Program-made: the position numbers and the translations under genes
DNA from: Vicugna vicugna
Taxonomy: Eukaryota
Length of the DNA stretch: 64,000 bases
NCBI GenBank assembly: GCA_013265495.1
Contig: MU058844.1
Span: forward strand, 3,079,520-3,143,519
Reading direction: 5' to 3'
Shown: positions 13,905 to 25,130 of the stretch, in pieces
Layout: every line of letters starts with the position of its first letter
Numbering within the stretch: position 1 is the stretch's first letter
The notes under the pieces: generated by a model
What the model saw: the letters and a program-made list of their open reading frames with translations, nothing else
Database searches by the model: none
Told to the model about the DNA's origin: nothing

Positions 13905-14100
13905 TAGAAGAGGCCAGTCAAGAAAACAGGCCTGGAAGAGGCAGCACTTACTAGCTGTGTGCCCCATGGTAAGTCCTGTGGCCTCACTGAGCCCCATTCT
14001 TCACGAGTGTGAAGGAGTGAACATCCACCTGTTGCATGGGGTCTGAAGGTGGCAAGCAGTAACCCATGGGAGTGCCTTGTGTGGAGCGCCCCGCAACCAC
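13905..14100 (+). mobile_element. MIR (degenerate)
   Basis: cacttactagctgtgtg...ggtaagtc...cctcactgagcc MIR core. Confidence 0.6.
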
Positions 14101-14265
14101 TCGCTGTCTCTCATCTTGCGTTTTACTTTGATTTCTGACTGAGAGCTCGGGGTCAAGCCTGTACCTTCTGGAGAGAGTTCTGCTTCTTAGATGTTAAACA
14201 AACAAGCAAACAAAGTGTCTTTCTCTTGATTGTATTCCAAGAAGCTCTGTAGATGGTTTACTACC

Positions 14266-14380
14266 AAAAAAAAAAAAAAAGAAGAAGAAGAAGAAGAAGG
14301 AGAAGGAGAAGGAGAAGGAGAAGGAGAAGAAGAAGAAGAAGAAGAAGAAGAAGAAGAAGAAGAAGAAGAAGAAGAAAGAA
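14266..14380 (+). repeat. Compound microsatellite A15-(GAA)6-(GGAGAA)4GGA-(GAA)17
   Basis: Read directly from the sequence; purine-only on the + strand. Confidence 0.97.
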
Positions 14381-14619
14381 ACTATTTACACAAGTCACAA
14401 GGAAGTAGCATGAAATGTATTACTACTGAGAGCTGTTTGGATGTACATATAAATGCTTAGCTGTTTGAAAGTTACAAAGGGCAATGAATATAAAGGAGAG
14501 GAGGTTTCTCGGAGATTGTAGAACTAGAAGCTGTTGCTTGAAAAGGTATTATAAGTAGGTCTGATGAAGCAAAGTTTTTCACTTTTTTATGATATAGTGC
14601 ACACTTAAAAAAGAAAATT

Positions 14620-14990
14620 TTGAAAGCATAGAAATTTAAAAACCTCATAAAATCAGCCATAAACTCATACCAGATATAAATTCTGTTAACATTTGGTGTT
14701 TTCCTTCCAGTGTTTTTCTTCGTATGTAATCATGTTGCCACCTATTTTAAATTACACAAATTATGTGGCTTTGCATCTTGCTCTTTTCTCTTAGACTGTG
14801 CAACAAGCATTTCCTGTGCTATGAAACATTTTCTGAAATCATGATTTTTAACGGCTTTAATGGCTGCCTGTTATCCATAAGATACACGCACTGTAACCCT
14901 GAGTTTCACCACTTACCTCTATTAATCCTTTATATTGATCCCAGTTTTTCACTTTTAGCAGAACTTTAGTTGATGAAAAGATATATTTGA
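14620..14990 (-). mobile_element. Old L1M 3' UTR fragment
   Basis: tgttaacatttggtgttttccttccag...ttttaatggctgcctgttatccat, typical of reverse L1ME 3' UTR. Confidence 0.55.
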
Positions 14991-16969
14991 GTTAAAAGTA
15001 ACATTTTGACCAACATGACATAAACCTTACAGCCTGAACAACAGAGAGAGTTGAAGGGGAGCAGCTCAGGGTAGAAAGCCGGCATGGAGTTATGCTCTTT
15101 GTGTGCTGGCGGGTAATAATGCAGTAGGACTTCTAAGTAAGTTAGAAACATCTTAAAGGAGTCAGAGAGCATTTACTTACACCGAGGAATGGATAGGAAT
15201 TAAACAATGCAAAAGGTTATGTTCTTTCCAGGACACTGACGAATGTGAGACATGGACTGGCTTTTGCTGTCACATTTAGTCTCTGGAAAGTGTCCTCTGT
15301 AATAACAAGACGCCATATTTAATAAACATCAAATGCAGAATGACATCTGGGTAATAAGACAGATAAGGAGCCCATCTCATTCACAGGTTGAGCTCAAGTG
15401 AACTCTGGCATAACCACCAACGAAGGTGGGCTGAGAGGCTGAGGACAGAAGGGAAGATTTCTTCCATTTAGAACCACATGATTCCACCTCACCAAGTCTT
15501 TCCTGGTGATCTCCTTCTCCAGTGCCTCCCCGCATCACGAGCTCTACACGCTGCAGGCTGGCACACACTGTCAGTTCACGGGCGCAAGTAAGTAACAACA
15601 ATATAAGGGCACTTAGAAGAACAAATTCAATGTTCATAATTGTCACTTCTCTGTTCCTCTTTTGTAAAACACTGAACAGTCCCTTCTGAGGTTTTGTAGA
15701 CTCTCCTCCTTTGTTACTTACACCAAAACTTGAGCAACAGTGAGTTGTGAAATGAAAGATTATAAACCAAGACCAGAAAAACTACAGCAGAAGATGAGCT
15801 AAGGGAGAAGACGGAACCAGATTACAGGGACACGTTGAAGAGATAGCCTGGAGACAGAGATACACGAAAATCTGAAGACAGAAAGAACCAGGAAGGCAAA
15901 GACAGAATCAGAAGCCAGAGAGACCAGGTCAGGATAAGGCACTAATGCAGAAAGAAGTCAACACTCAGGAAGACCAGAGGTCACTGCTTCAGCGACACAG
16001 TGTCTTAAACTGAAATCAGACCTGCCTCAAATGGAAGGACATTGTTTATTCCTCCTGATAAATCAAGATCCTCAGATTGGCATCCTGGACATAGAACCCA
16101 GAGACTAAGATGAATGCGTTGGGTTTGGCAAACTAGCACCTCATTCAGCTCCCTGAAGCCTGGCAACTTATCTGGCCTAGGGGTTGGATCTTTCTCTCTT
16201 ACCTGCCCTCCCTCCTGTTTTCCAGCCTCACAACAGGTCAGACCCTCTGTTGATTAATAGCTTTGGCTTAAGCTATATTCTTCATAGGATCTTTGGTTTC
16301 TGGTTAAAATTACTGTCTATAAAGCCACCTCCTCACCCATGCAAGAGACATCTCAGTCCTTTCTGTGGGGAAGAGACACATGAAGGGCTGTAAGGAAGGA
16401 GCAGTCCTGGAACAAGTCTTATATGTCCTCAATCCATTTTGGACAAGGTCAGATGCCTCTTTCCATTCCTTCCTGGGTGTCAGAGTGGTGAGATGACTCT
16501 GGTCTGCTCCAAAATTTTCTTCCTATTTTCTTTGGAATTGAGGGAGAAGGGAATATAGGAAACAGTATGGGGAAGACAGCACACTCGGTGACATCTCAAA
16601 GCACTGAGAGCTCCTTCTAAGAGATGCCCCTTCCGCCCGGCAGGACTGTGCAACCCTGCTTTATCCCACGGACCCACGTGCAGTGCATCGGCTGCACCCC
16701 AGCCTCCCCTCTCTCCAGAACCCTCCCCAGAAGTTTGGAACCTTCTCTACCCACACTCCTCTAACTTTTTACTTACAACAGAAAACGCTCTTGAGCGCTT
16801 TCTATTCTCCAGGCCTAGCTGAAGCTTTCCTCCTCATACCATATATTTTTCTTAAAAAATTTCTCATTTTGTGGGTTCACAGAACATATTTACATGGGAA
16901 AGGCAGCCTCAAGGGGATTCTGGTATACTTTTAAAATTCTTAAAGAGAAGTATTTAGATTTTAGTGTGA

Positions 16970-17345
16970 ATGATAATGTAGTTCATATTTACTGAGTCCT
17001 TATTAGATGCCAAGAATTCTGCTAAGTGTTTTGGAGTATGAACTATATATTATGTACTATATAATTGATTTATCCCAGTATCTTCAACACCCCATGATTC
17101 TTTCCAGTGCATCTATTATTCTCATTTTTAGAAGAGGAATTTGGAGGGTGTAGGGTATAGCTCAGTGGTAAAGTGCATGCCTAGCTGCATGAGGTCCTGG
17201 GTTCAATCCTCAGTACCTCCATTTAAATAAATAAACCCAATTACCCCCCCCCAAAAAAAGGGAAGAGAAAATTGGCAATCACAAATGTACGTGATGGAGT
17301 TAGGACTCAAACCCAAATCCGTGTAACCACTACATCTATCCTCTG
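16970..17345 (-). mobile_element. MIR (host of SINE insertion)
   Basis: catatttactgagtccttattagatgccaag...ctattattctcatttt...gagga; resumes ggagttaggactcaaaccca. Confidence 0.7.
17145..17261 (+). mobile_element. tRNA-derived camelid SINE (Vic-1/SINE1_Vpa type)
   Basis: A box tagctcagtgg, B box ggttcaatcc, tail taaataaataaacccaattaccccc-polyA; TSD gaagaggaatttgg (17131-17144) / gaagagaaaattgg (17262-17275), 12/14 identical. Confidence 0.85.
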
Positions 17346-17719
17346 GTCCACAACATCCATCGTCTGGTCAGCATTCTGCATGGTTTTTCACTCTGGATAA
17401 CTCTGGCATTGCTGTCTTTGGCATTAATGTGGCAAGGAGGGTGATGTTTTCCAACCTCCTGTGATGAAGACATAGCCACTGCATGATATGAAATCGTGGT
17501 CACAGAATCACTTAGATGCTGTGAAATGGTTGTGTACGAGGCTTGCTATTCTCCAAAGTTTCATGCTTATCACCTTTTGCAGTGGGGGTGGAAAGGAAAA
17601 ATTAAAATCATCCCTTGACTGCCATCCAGGGAAGCAACATGGCATTTTGAATAGTCTTTCAATCTCCTTCAGAGTCTTCATCACAGGAATAAAAGATGTT
17701 TTTTCCATCAAAAAGCTCC

Positions 17720-18240
17720 TCTCACTTCACTGCCCCTCTCCAGATCAGCCTTCTTGTTTTTTACGTATAAAATAGAAGCCAAGTCCCTGGGCTGGACCTC
17801 AGGACCCCACAAGCTCCTCCTACAGCCTCCATTGCCTTTCATTCTGGTTTTGAGTTCTCACTGCTCCTGGGCCGCCTGCTGTCCCTCATGCATGGCTTGT
17901 CTCCTGCCTCTGCTCTGGCAGTGCCTCCCTGCAAGGAATGTTTCCCTCGTCTCTGCCACCCGCCTTCCCCGTCCACTCTTATCAGACCTTCACTCCACAC
18001 CCTCTTGAGTCACACTCACTTCATCAGAGCCCTACTTTGTAAAAGGGCTGAAGCATATTTTATATTCATGGATTATGTGTCTTTCCAGACATCAAGTAAG
18101 GTCTTTGGGAATAAAGATTCTATTTTTCATATAATACAGGAGATAACTAAATGGATACTGGTCTGAGGAAATAGAGATTGTTTGGTGCCTGGCACAAGTA
18201 AGCATCCGTGTATTATAACTTCTGTACTAAAGTAGTAATT
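17720..18240 (+). mobile_element. L2 3' region
   Basis: aaaatagaagccaagtccctgg...tgctctggcagtgcctccctgcaaggaatg...gtgcctggcacaagtaagcatcc. Confidence 0.6.
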
Positions 18241-18371
18241 CTTGGTTTTGGGGCTTCGGTTCATAGAAGTATCTATATGTATTTAAAAGGTGTTGAAATA
18301 TCATGACAACTCTGGTACCTCGGACACAGGTTAAGACAGAAAGCCAGAGAACCAGCTAGTTCCCATAAGAG

Positions 18372-18566
18372 CAGTGATTCTCAGCTGGACACAAATACCT
18401 GGAGACATTTCTGGTGTCGGGGATGTTACTGGCATCTGGTGGAGAGAGGCCAAGATGGTTACTAAACATCCTGAATTACACAGGAGGAACCCCCCCCCGC
18501 CCCGCCCAACAAAAAGGAAACACCCATCTCAAAGTGTCAGTAGCACTGAGGTTGAGGAATCTTGGT
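18372..18566 (+). mobile_element. MER20 (hAT-Charlie)
   Basis: cagtgattctca...ctggagacatttctggt...tactggcatctggtggagagaggcca...ctaaacatcct...aaagtgtcagtagcactgaggttgaggaa. Confidence 0.85.
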
Positions 18567-18613
18567 TCAGGAAAAAAACGGTTATCCTAAGTCAGGTTAT
18601 CAGCCATGCCTGG

Positions 18614-18668
18614 TTCTTTTTTCTTTTTTCTTTTTTTTCCTTTTTTTTTTTTTTTTTTTTTTTTTTTT
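18614..18668 (+). repeat. T-rich tract ending in a long poly-T run
   Basis: Read directly from the sequence. Confidence 0.9.
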
Positions 18669-18879
18669 GACAGTTCATTGTCTGCTGCAGAGAATTTATT
18701 TTTAAGATCGAGACCACCACTATTTACAGATCTGTCGTTTTAGCTAAATACACAATGACACAACTTGTTTCATCTTTACATTCAAAATTACCATCACAAC
18801 TTTTAAAATTATTTTTTATTAGCTTTTCCACTTTTGTATGCAGTATAAATCAGCTTCCAGATTCTTAAATAAAATCTTT

Positions 18880-19035
18880 GAATAGGGAGAGACCTTAGGA
18901 ATTATGTGGCCCAAACTTTTCATTTTACACATGAAGAAACTGAGACCCAAAGTGGTCAAGGGACTTTTTAATGACAGAAGCAGGGCTGGATCCTAGGTCT
19001 CCTGACCATAGTCTGGTGGTCTTGGCAGTATCACA
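18880..19035 (-). mobile_element. MIR (MIR3/MIRc-like)
   Basis: cattttacacatgaagaaactgagaccca...ggatcctaggtctcctgac. Confidence 0.75.
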
Positions 19036-21779
19036 CGATGTGACCATGATGTAAGGGGGAAGGCATACACTCCTCTCTGGGAGATTATTTCTCTCTGAGG
19101 ACAGGTTTTAGCCTTCCTATATCTAGTGACTCTGCTCTCTACCTAGTTCCACTAAATCGTCAGTTAGAAAAGAGTTGCTCTAGTGATATATGATGAAACA
19201 CGTGTCCTCTGAAGAAGCCATATCAAACATTAAAACTTTGGAAATGGAAATCCTAAGGCCATCTTGCATTTTTCACTTTTAAGCTCATTTAGATAATATA
19301 TTTCAAAATATTATTGTGGTTGATTCAAATAATTATGTTTTAAGACTTTGTTAGATATTAGCTAATATTTTCTTGGTAAATAGATTATAAATGTTTAGAT
19401 GAGGAAATCTTAATAAAAATCTTTCAAGGACAGTCTCAGTAAGTATTTTTGTTCTACGCAATAACTTTGGTTTTCACTTCATTGCCAAGGGAATTGCTGA
19501 GATGGAGAGGTTAATTAATTTATTTATAATCATGCAGCATATTAGTGGGAAAGAAAGGATTCAAGTTCTAAGTTTTTGTTTTGTTTGGGTTTGATTTTTT
19601 TGGTTTTGTTTGCTTTTGTTTGCAAAACAAATGCTTTTAAATTATGCATTTGATGGAGTTCCCAGTTTGTTGTTCAGCCTACATCTGTCTGAAGAGTGTG
19701 AGCTTCTGAGTTCTCGGATGAGGTGAAAGAAATGAGTAGTGCAAATGGGTATCACTATTTCTTAATTTTTACTATTGAGTTAGATTTATTGAAATATTTA
19801 TTATATGAAGGTTACAGATCAATTTGCACCTTTACCCTCTGCCGTTTGAATTAGAATTTGTGCCGTTTGTTCCAAAGAATGTTCAGTGGAAGTGCCTGGA
19901 GAGACCAGTTTGAAATGAATGCTTCAACTCAAGGAACAATTCAAAACAAGGCCCCACTAATCAAGGAAAATGTCACTAGTTCCTATTTTGATTAAAAATG
20001 AAGAACAGAGAGGAGAGTGAGCAGACTGGAACTTCTTGCAATGACTGGTTTGGGATTTATAACAGAAGGAGGAAGTTAATTTCCAGAAGTTGTGTTTGAA
20101 GTATAAAGAAATGTGTTACTGGCATATGAATACCAGACAGGCTGACAGCACTATTAGAGGTAGGAATGATGTGCAGAATAAATAGCCACTAAGTGTAGTG
20201 ACAACTTTGAGTGACAGGGGAAGAATAAAAATGAACAATTTTTCTGATGACATGTCAGGAAACAAATGCCTCTTTCTTTCAGAAGAAAAAGATATATATG
20301 GTTGTGAATTCAAACAGCCCTCCATCTGGTGAACTTTTTCTCCCTTAACAAAACTATAATTTTGGCCTCAAATGGAACAATCCCTGGGTGGAAATTGTTA
20401 CTTCTTCACTTCATTGAAGGTTTACAACAGTTTATTCTGACTGTTTCTGTCCAGTTTTAACAATATGTTTTATACTAACACCGTCCTGTCTACTGAATAA
20501 TAAGAGACCCAAGAACAGGCTAGGCGTTTTGTCTTCTGTAGCAGGCCAAAGGCTATCATAAGCTCAGATGTACTACTCAGAGCAAATTCACATGAATTTT
20601 TGTACCAGAAATATATAAGTTTTTTAGGAGTTATCTTTTTATGAAATAATAAGAGAGTAAAATTTTGTTTCATTTAACTTTGTCAAAAATAACTCAAGGA
20701 GGTGATACAGAAAAAAAATTAGAAATTATACAGTACAAGTCTGTGTACTTTGCCAACAAAATGAACTTGGATATTATTTAAATTTCCCCCAAGAAATATC
20801 TGGTGTGGATCAAAAACCAGAAAAGAAAATAGTGGGCCTCTACCTCGGGCTCCGGTGTATGCAGTTTCCCTAGATGATGGAAACCTCATGGTGACAGCCT
20901 TTCATCATGGCGAGAGGTATTCCCAGAGATTCAGTCCTATAAAGGTCCCTCTGAACTAAGGAAAGGAAATATTAATTGGATAGTATGATGTACTATGATC
21001 ACTTTTAATTGTCCGATGCCATATGAGAAAATTGAATCTAACATCAAAACAATATTTGGTTTTAACTAAGGAGAGTGGTATCTGTTTGCAGATCACAAAG
21101 ATCTGCAGATCCAAAAAAGTGAAAGAAAGCTAAAGCACACTATGGGGTTATCAGTCCATTATAGGAAGTCTTTGGCTATACAGAAGACAGTTTTGATAGA
21201 CGGCTCTCCAGAGACCTTTTAAATTTTTTTAAATAATTAATTATGGCCGTGTTAACATTTGCTTTTATTTGAAAGTATTCTCACTTCCACCCAGAAATTT
21301 CGAGATATAAGTTGAAATGTTATTTTCATATGCTATCAAAGTTCACTGTTTCTGCATTAAGGTTTCATGTTACGCATCATGGCAATCCTCTCACTTAGTA
21401 AAACAATCAGAAATTCACTTTGCCCAACCTTCAGTTTTGATCTTTGCATAATGTCAAATTTTCTCTTTGCAAAAAAAACCCAGCAATTGATAGTTTTTCT
21501 TGTCTGTTTAGTATTCATATTAAGAGTGTAAGATTTGTAAGGCAGAGCCCTGGCCAAGAACTCACCTCTCCATCATTAGAACTTCCCCTTACCATCTCAT
21601 CTCCTCAGCTACAGGGATTTCTCATTGATTTCTCGATGACTTCCCAGCTCACACTGATTCCTGTATACTTAGCATTTGGAAGGACCAATTAATTGACATG
21701 ACAGTTGATCATCTGACCTTTGGGTCTCACTCACAGAACCTAGACTGTGATGTCATCAATTCTATGAATAATTGTGAAT

Positions 21780-21975
21780 GTGATTTATTGAGCATTTACC
21801 ATATGCTGGGCACCGTGATAAGCCTCTCTATCCATCATTTAATTGAATTCTCATCACAAATCCTATGAGTTATTGCTATTCCCTTTGACATATGAAGAAA
21901 CTGAAGTTTAGAAGGTGAAGGGAACATGGAGGTAGAAGTTGTACAGCCTGAATTCAAACCCAGGACTGGCTCATT
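21780..21975 (-). mobile_element. MIR
   Basis: atttattgagcatttaccatatgctgggcac...atgaagaaactgaagtttagaagg...attcaaacccagg. Confidence 0.8.
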
Positions 21976-22269
21976 TTTGAAAGAGAAAGAATGGACCACT
22001 CCCCCAACCTTTTCCCAAGGTAGAATCTGAGAAACACAGTAGACAGTGGTTCAGAATTGAGTTGAATCTTTGCTAAACTAGAGATCTCTAAGGTTCTGTT
22101 CATGTGACTAATGAAGTGAGACCTTCAGGGAAAATGAGCCAGTGAAAGATCCCTTCTTTTGTTCTCAGGACACACAAAGGGCAAAGAATTAAAGGGACCA
22201 GACTTAACAAAATGTTGAGAATTATTGATTCTGTGGAAGGAGAAACAGTTTGAAATTTTTAAAATGTAT

Positions 22270-22530
22270 TTAATAAACACTTAACATAGCACAAACTGTA
22301 TGTGGGATACTGTTCTGTGTACTTTCTAAATATTAGCTCTTTCTGTTCTTATAATAACCTATGAAATGGGTACTAGTATTATCCTCATTTCACAGATGAG
22401 GAAACTGAAATACAAAAATGTTAAATTACATGCCCAGAAACCTGCTGTCAGGAGGGGACAAAATTGAAAATTAAACCCAGGTAGGCAGTTAGGCTCTAGA
22501 CCGAGCACCTAAGCACTGTAATATACTGCG
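22270..22530 (-). mobile_element. MIR (near full length)
   Basis: aacacttaacatagcac...attatcctcatttcacagatgaggaaactga...ttaaacccagg...aggctctaga. Confidence 0.85.
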
Positions 22531-22574
22531 CCTGACAGTGAGGAAAATATTTTCTTCCTTTTTATGGGCTTAGG

Positions 22575-22640
22575 GCAGTGTTTTTCAACCAAGAATTCAA
22601 GATCCCCTGGGTCCCTGAAACATTTTTTGAGAGGCTCTCA
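22575..22640. mobile_element. hAT-Charlie terminal fragment
   Basis: cagtgtttttcaac terminal motif followed by gatcccctgggtccctga; short. Confidence 0.4.
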
Positions 22641-23039
22641 TGTTCTCTTGAAGAACATTTTATGTTTAGTTCTTAATGAAAGTGAGCTAAGCTGTAACTA
22701 ACATAGTCTTCCCATTCTTTGGGAAAGTTGGTTAAGAGGGGTTCCGTGTTAACAGGGGCCTCACTCAGGCTCTGCCAGCTAGAAATGAAGCAGCAGAGGG
22801 GACTGAGGTAGGCAACAGAGTGTGGCATCCTGCCCACCCACCGGGTTGTCCTCGGATGTCATTCCTGTCGAGAAGACATCCTGGCTCTTCCCCTGCACTT
22901 GCTCTCCGAGAGCCCAGTGTCCTTTGTGCGCACCTCTCTCATGGTCCTTCACTCGTAATGCCCAGAATCATCCTTCTCTTTTTGCTGACCACCCAGCTTC
23001 TCTGTTGGAACTGCCTTGAGAATGCCATGTAAACTGCTG

Positions 23040-23660
23040 GTTGCCCTCAGTGTCCAGTCTCCCCTTCTTTTAGAACAGAAACTTCCATTTTAGCTGGGTA
23101 CATTGCGGGGCAGCTGACAGACTGCATCTCCCAGTCTGACACACATGTATGAGTGTCCGTAGGACTAAGTTCTGGCCAAATGAGGGGTAAGCAGAAATGC
23201 TGTATGAGATTTCCAGAAAATGTCCTTAAAAATGAGAAGAATGTGGGGCATGTTGATAATGGGGGAGACATGCATGTGTGGAAGCTAGAGGTATATGATA
23301 AATCTCTGTACCTTCCACTCAGCTTTGCTGTGAATCTAAAACTGCTCTTTAGGGGGAAGAAATTAAAAGGTCTAATAATGTTTTGTCCTAATCAGGATGT
23401 GCCCATTTCTTCCTCCTTTCTCTTTCCTGCTGCTGTAGACGCAGATGGGATGGCTAAATTCCTGAACCCATCATGAACCATGAGGTGGCCTTGGGAACAG
23501 AAGCCACACGCAGCAGAAATGCAAGGGGAAAGAAGTGAAGCCCTTTACTAGCCCAAACTACTTACCTAGACTGCTGTATTAGTAGGAGAGAAACATATTC
23601 TGTCTCATTTAACCTGAGGTTATTTTGGATTTCCTGTGGTTTGCAGCTAGACTTGACGTT
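23040..23660 (+). mobile_element. MaLR solo LTR (MLT1J-like), split by an L1 tail
   Basis: ccattttagctgggtaca...gactgcatctcccag...gactaagttctggcca; resumes ctttcctgctgctgtagacgcagatg...gagagaaac...ttgcagc. Confidence 0.75.
23243..23375 (+). mobile_element. L1 (L1MC/MB-like) extreme 3' end
   Basis: ggggcatgttgataatgggggagac...aaatctctgtaccttccactca...gctgtgaatctaaaactgctct. Confidence 0.8.
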
Positions 23661-24478
23661 CAGTGGTATAGAAGTACAGAGATGATGTTTTATGCACTTT
23701 TCATTGAAATATGCAGCACAGTCTCAATAGGGCAGGTGCAACTGAAAAATACATTTATTGACTTGAACCTCGAAAACCACTGAAAAGGTGCAGAATTCTC
23801 CACTAAGCTGTACACCAAAGTACCTCCTGGCCCTCTTGTCCACATCTAGTTAAACTTATTCCAAATAAATTTCCTAATTGTTTCTTTTCAATCATTCTTG
23901 ACTCTAGGTTGCATAATAGGAAAGTTTTTATTGAAATGCTTTATGAATGTTCTGTATGCTTAAATATGTTTTACTAGGTTTAGAATAAAAGGTGTGACCA
24001 AAGTATTGTTTTCTGCCTTTTATTGAAAACGTAAAACTTCAGCTCTGTTATTAAGATTAAAATGGCTTTGGAAAGAAGGGCTAAACTAAAACAATTCAGC
24101 ATTTACAATACATTTCCTGTAAGAAAATTCACTCTGAGGTTCAACCTTGTGAGTTACAAGGAAACTTTAAGAAGATAACATATTGATAAATTGATGGGTA
24201 GGGCTATCTATAGACTTATAAACTCTAAAAATCAGTACTATAGTTTCTGGATTTGGGGAACTATGGACCCTTAGGGTATTCTTTACTCCTTTAACTTACT
24301 AATTGTTTGACTTCTATCAATCTTAATCAGTGAGATTTCATCACTAATGAAAACAATGTCCATAGTTTTAGCATTCTTAAATAAAAATATTATTAAATCC
24401 TACATGTATTTTAGACTTCCATATTATACAGGTATTATTAAGTCTTTTATATAATGTTTAAATATATGTAACGGAATA

Positions 24479-24791
24479 CAGCTGACCCTTGAACAACATA
24501 GGGATTAAGCACCAACTCGAGCAGTAGAAATTCCTCCTACTGCTATGTCTGCCTCAAAAACAAAGGAGTTGATAAATGACTCTCCCAAGGGCAGGAAGCT
24601 GAGACAGTTTGGATAGAATCAGAACTCAAACCCTAGCTCTTTTGATTCCACATATTGTGATCTCTAATCGAACATAAGGTTTTCCCCACACTCAGAGTTC
24701 TGTCAAATGAAAATACAGGTGCTACATTTTTTGAAAAAGATCTGCAGGTGGACCTGCACTGTTCAAACCCATGTTGTTCAAGGGTCACCTG
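24479..24791. mobile_element. Tc1/mariner Tigger2/MER8-type non-autonomous element, 313 bp
   Basis: Terminal inverted repeats cagctgacccttgaacaacatagg / cccatgttgttcaagggtcacctg; flanked by TA (24477-24478) and TG (decayed TA). Confidence 0.9.
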
Positions 24792-24934
24792 TGCTTGTCA
24801 AACCTCTACGTTCAAATAGAAAATGTTCAATAGCTCATTAATATTCCATTTGAATTTCTTACAGAATCAGCTAGAAACATCTATTTTCAAATTTTAGCTA
24901 GTATTATCTAGTCTAAGCACTAATAATTATCATT

Positions 24935-25130
24935 AAAAATAACAGTAGTCGATAGTTACTGAATATTTAGTATGTTCTAGACACCATTTTAAGAGTATTC
25001 CCCAAATAGAATACTGAAACTCAAAAAAGACAGCAGTATGCCCCAAATCCTAATGATGAAAGATAGAACTAGGATTCAAATCCAAATCAGTCTGACTCTG
25101 AATCCAGTCTTTACACCAGCTTACACTGTG
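24935..25130 (-). mobile_element. MIR
   Basis: ttactgaatatttagtatgttctagacacc...aggattcaaatccaaatcagtctgactct. Confidence 0.7.

Noticed and set aside
14230..14460. Poly-Glu/Gly ORF reminiscent of RPGR ORF15-type repeats
   Set aside because: Simply the translation of the GAA/GGA microsatellite.
17150..17220. tRNA-like A/B boxes (also at 62085-62150)
   Set aside because: Followed by SINE body and tail and flanked by TSDs; these are SINE heads, not tRNA genes.
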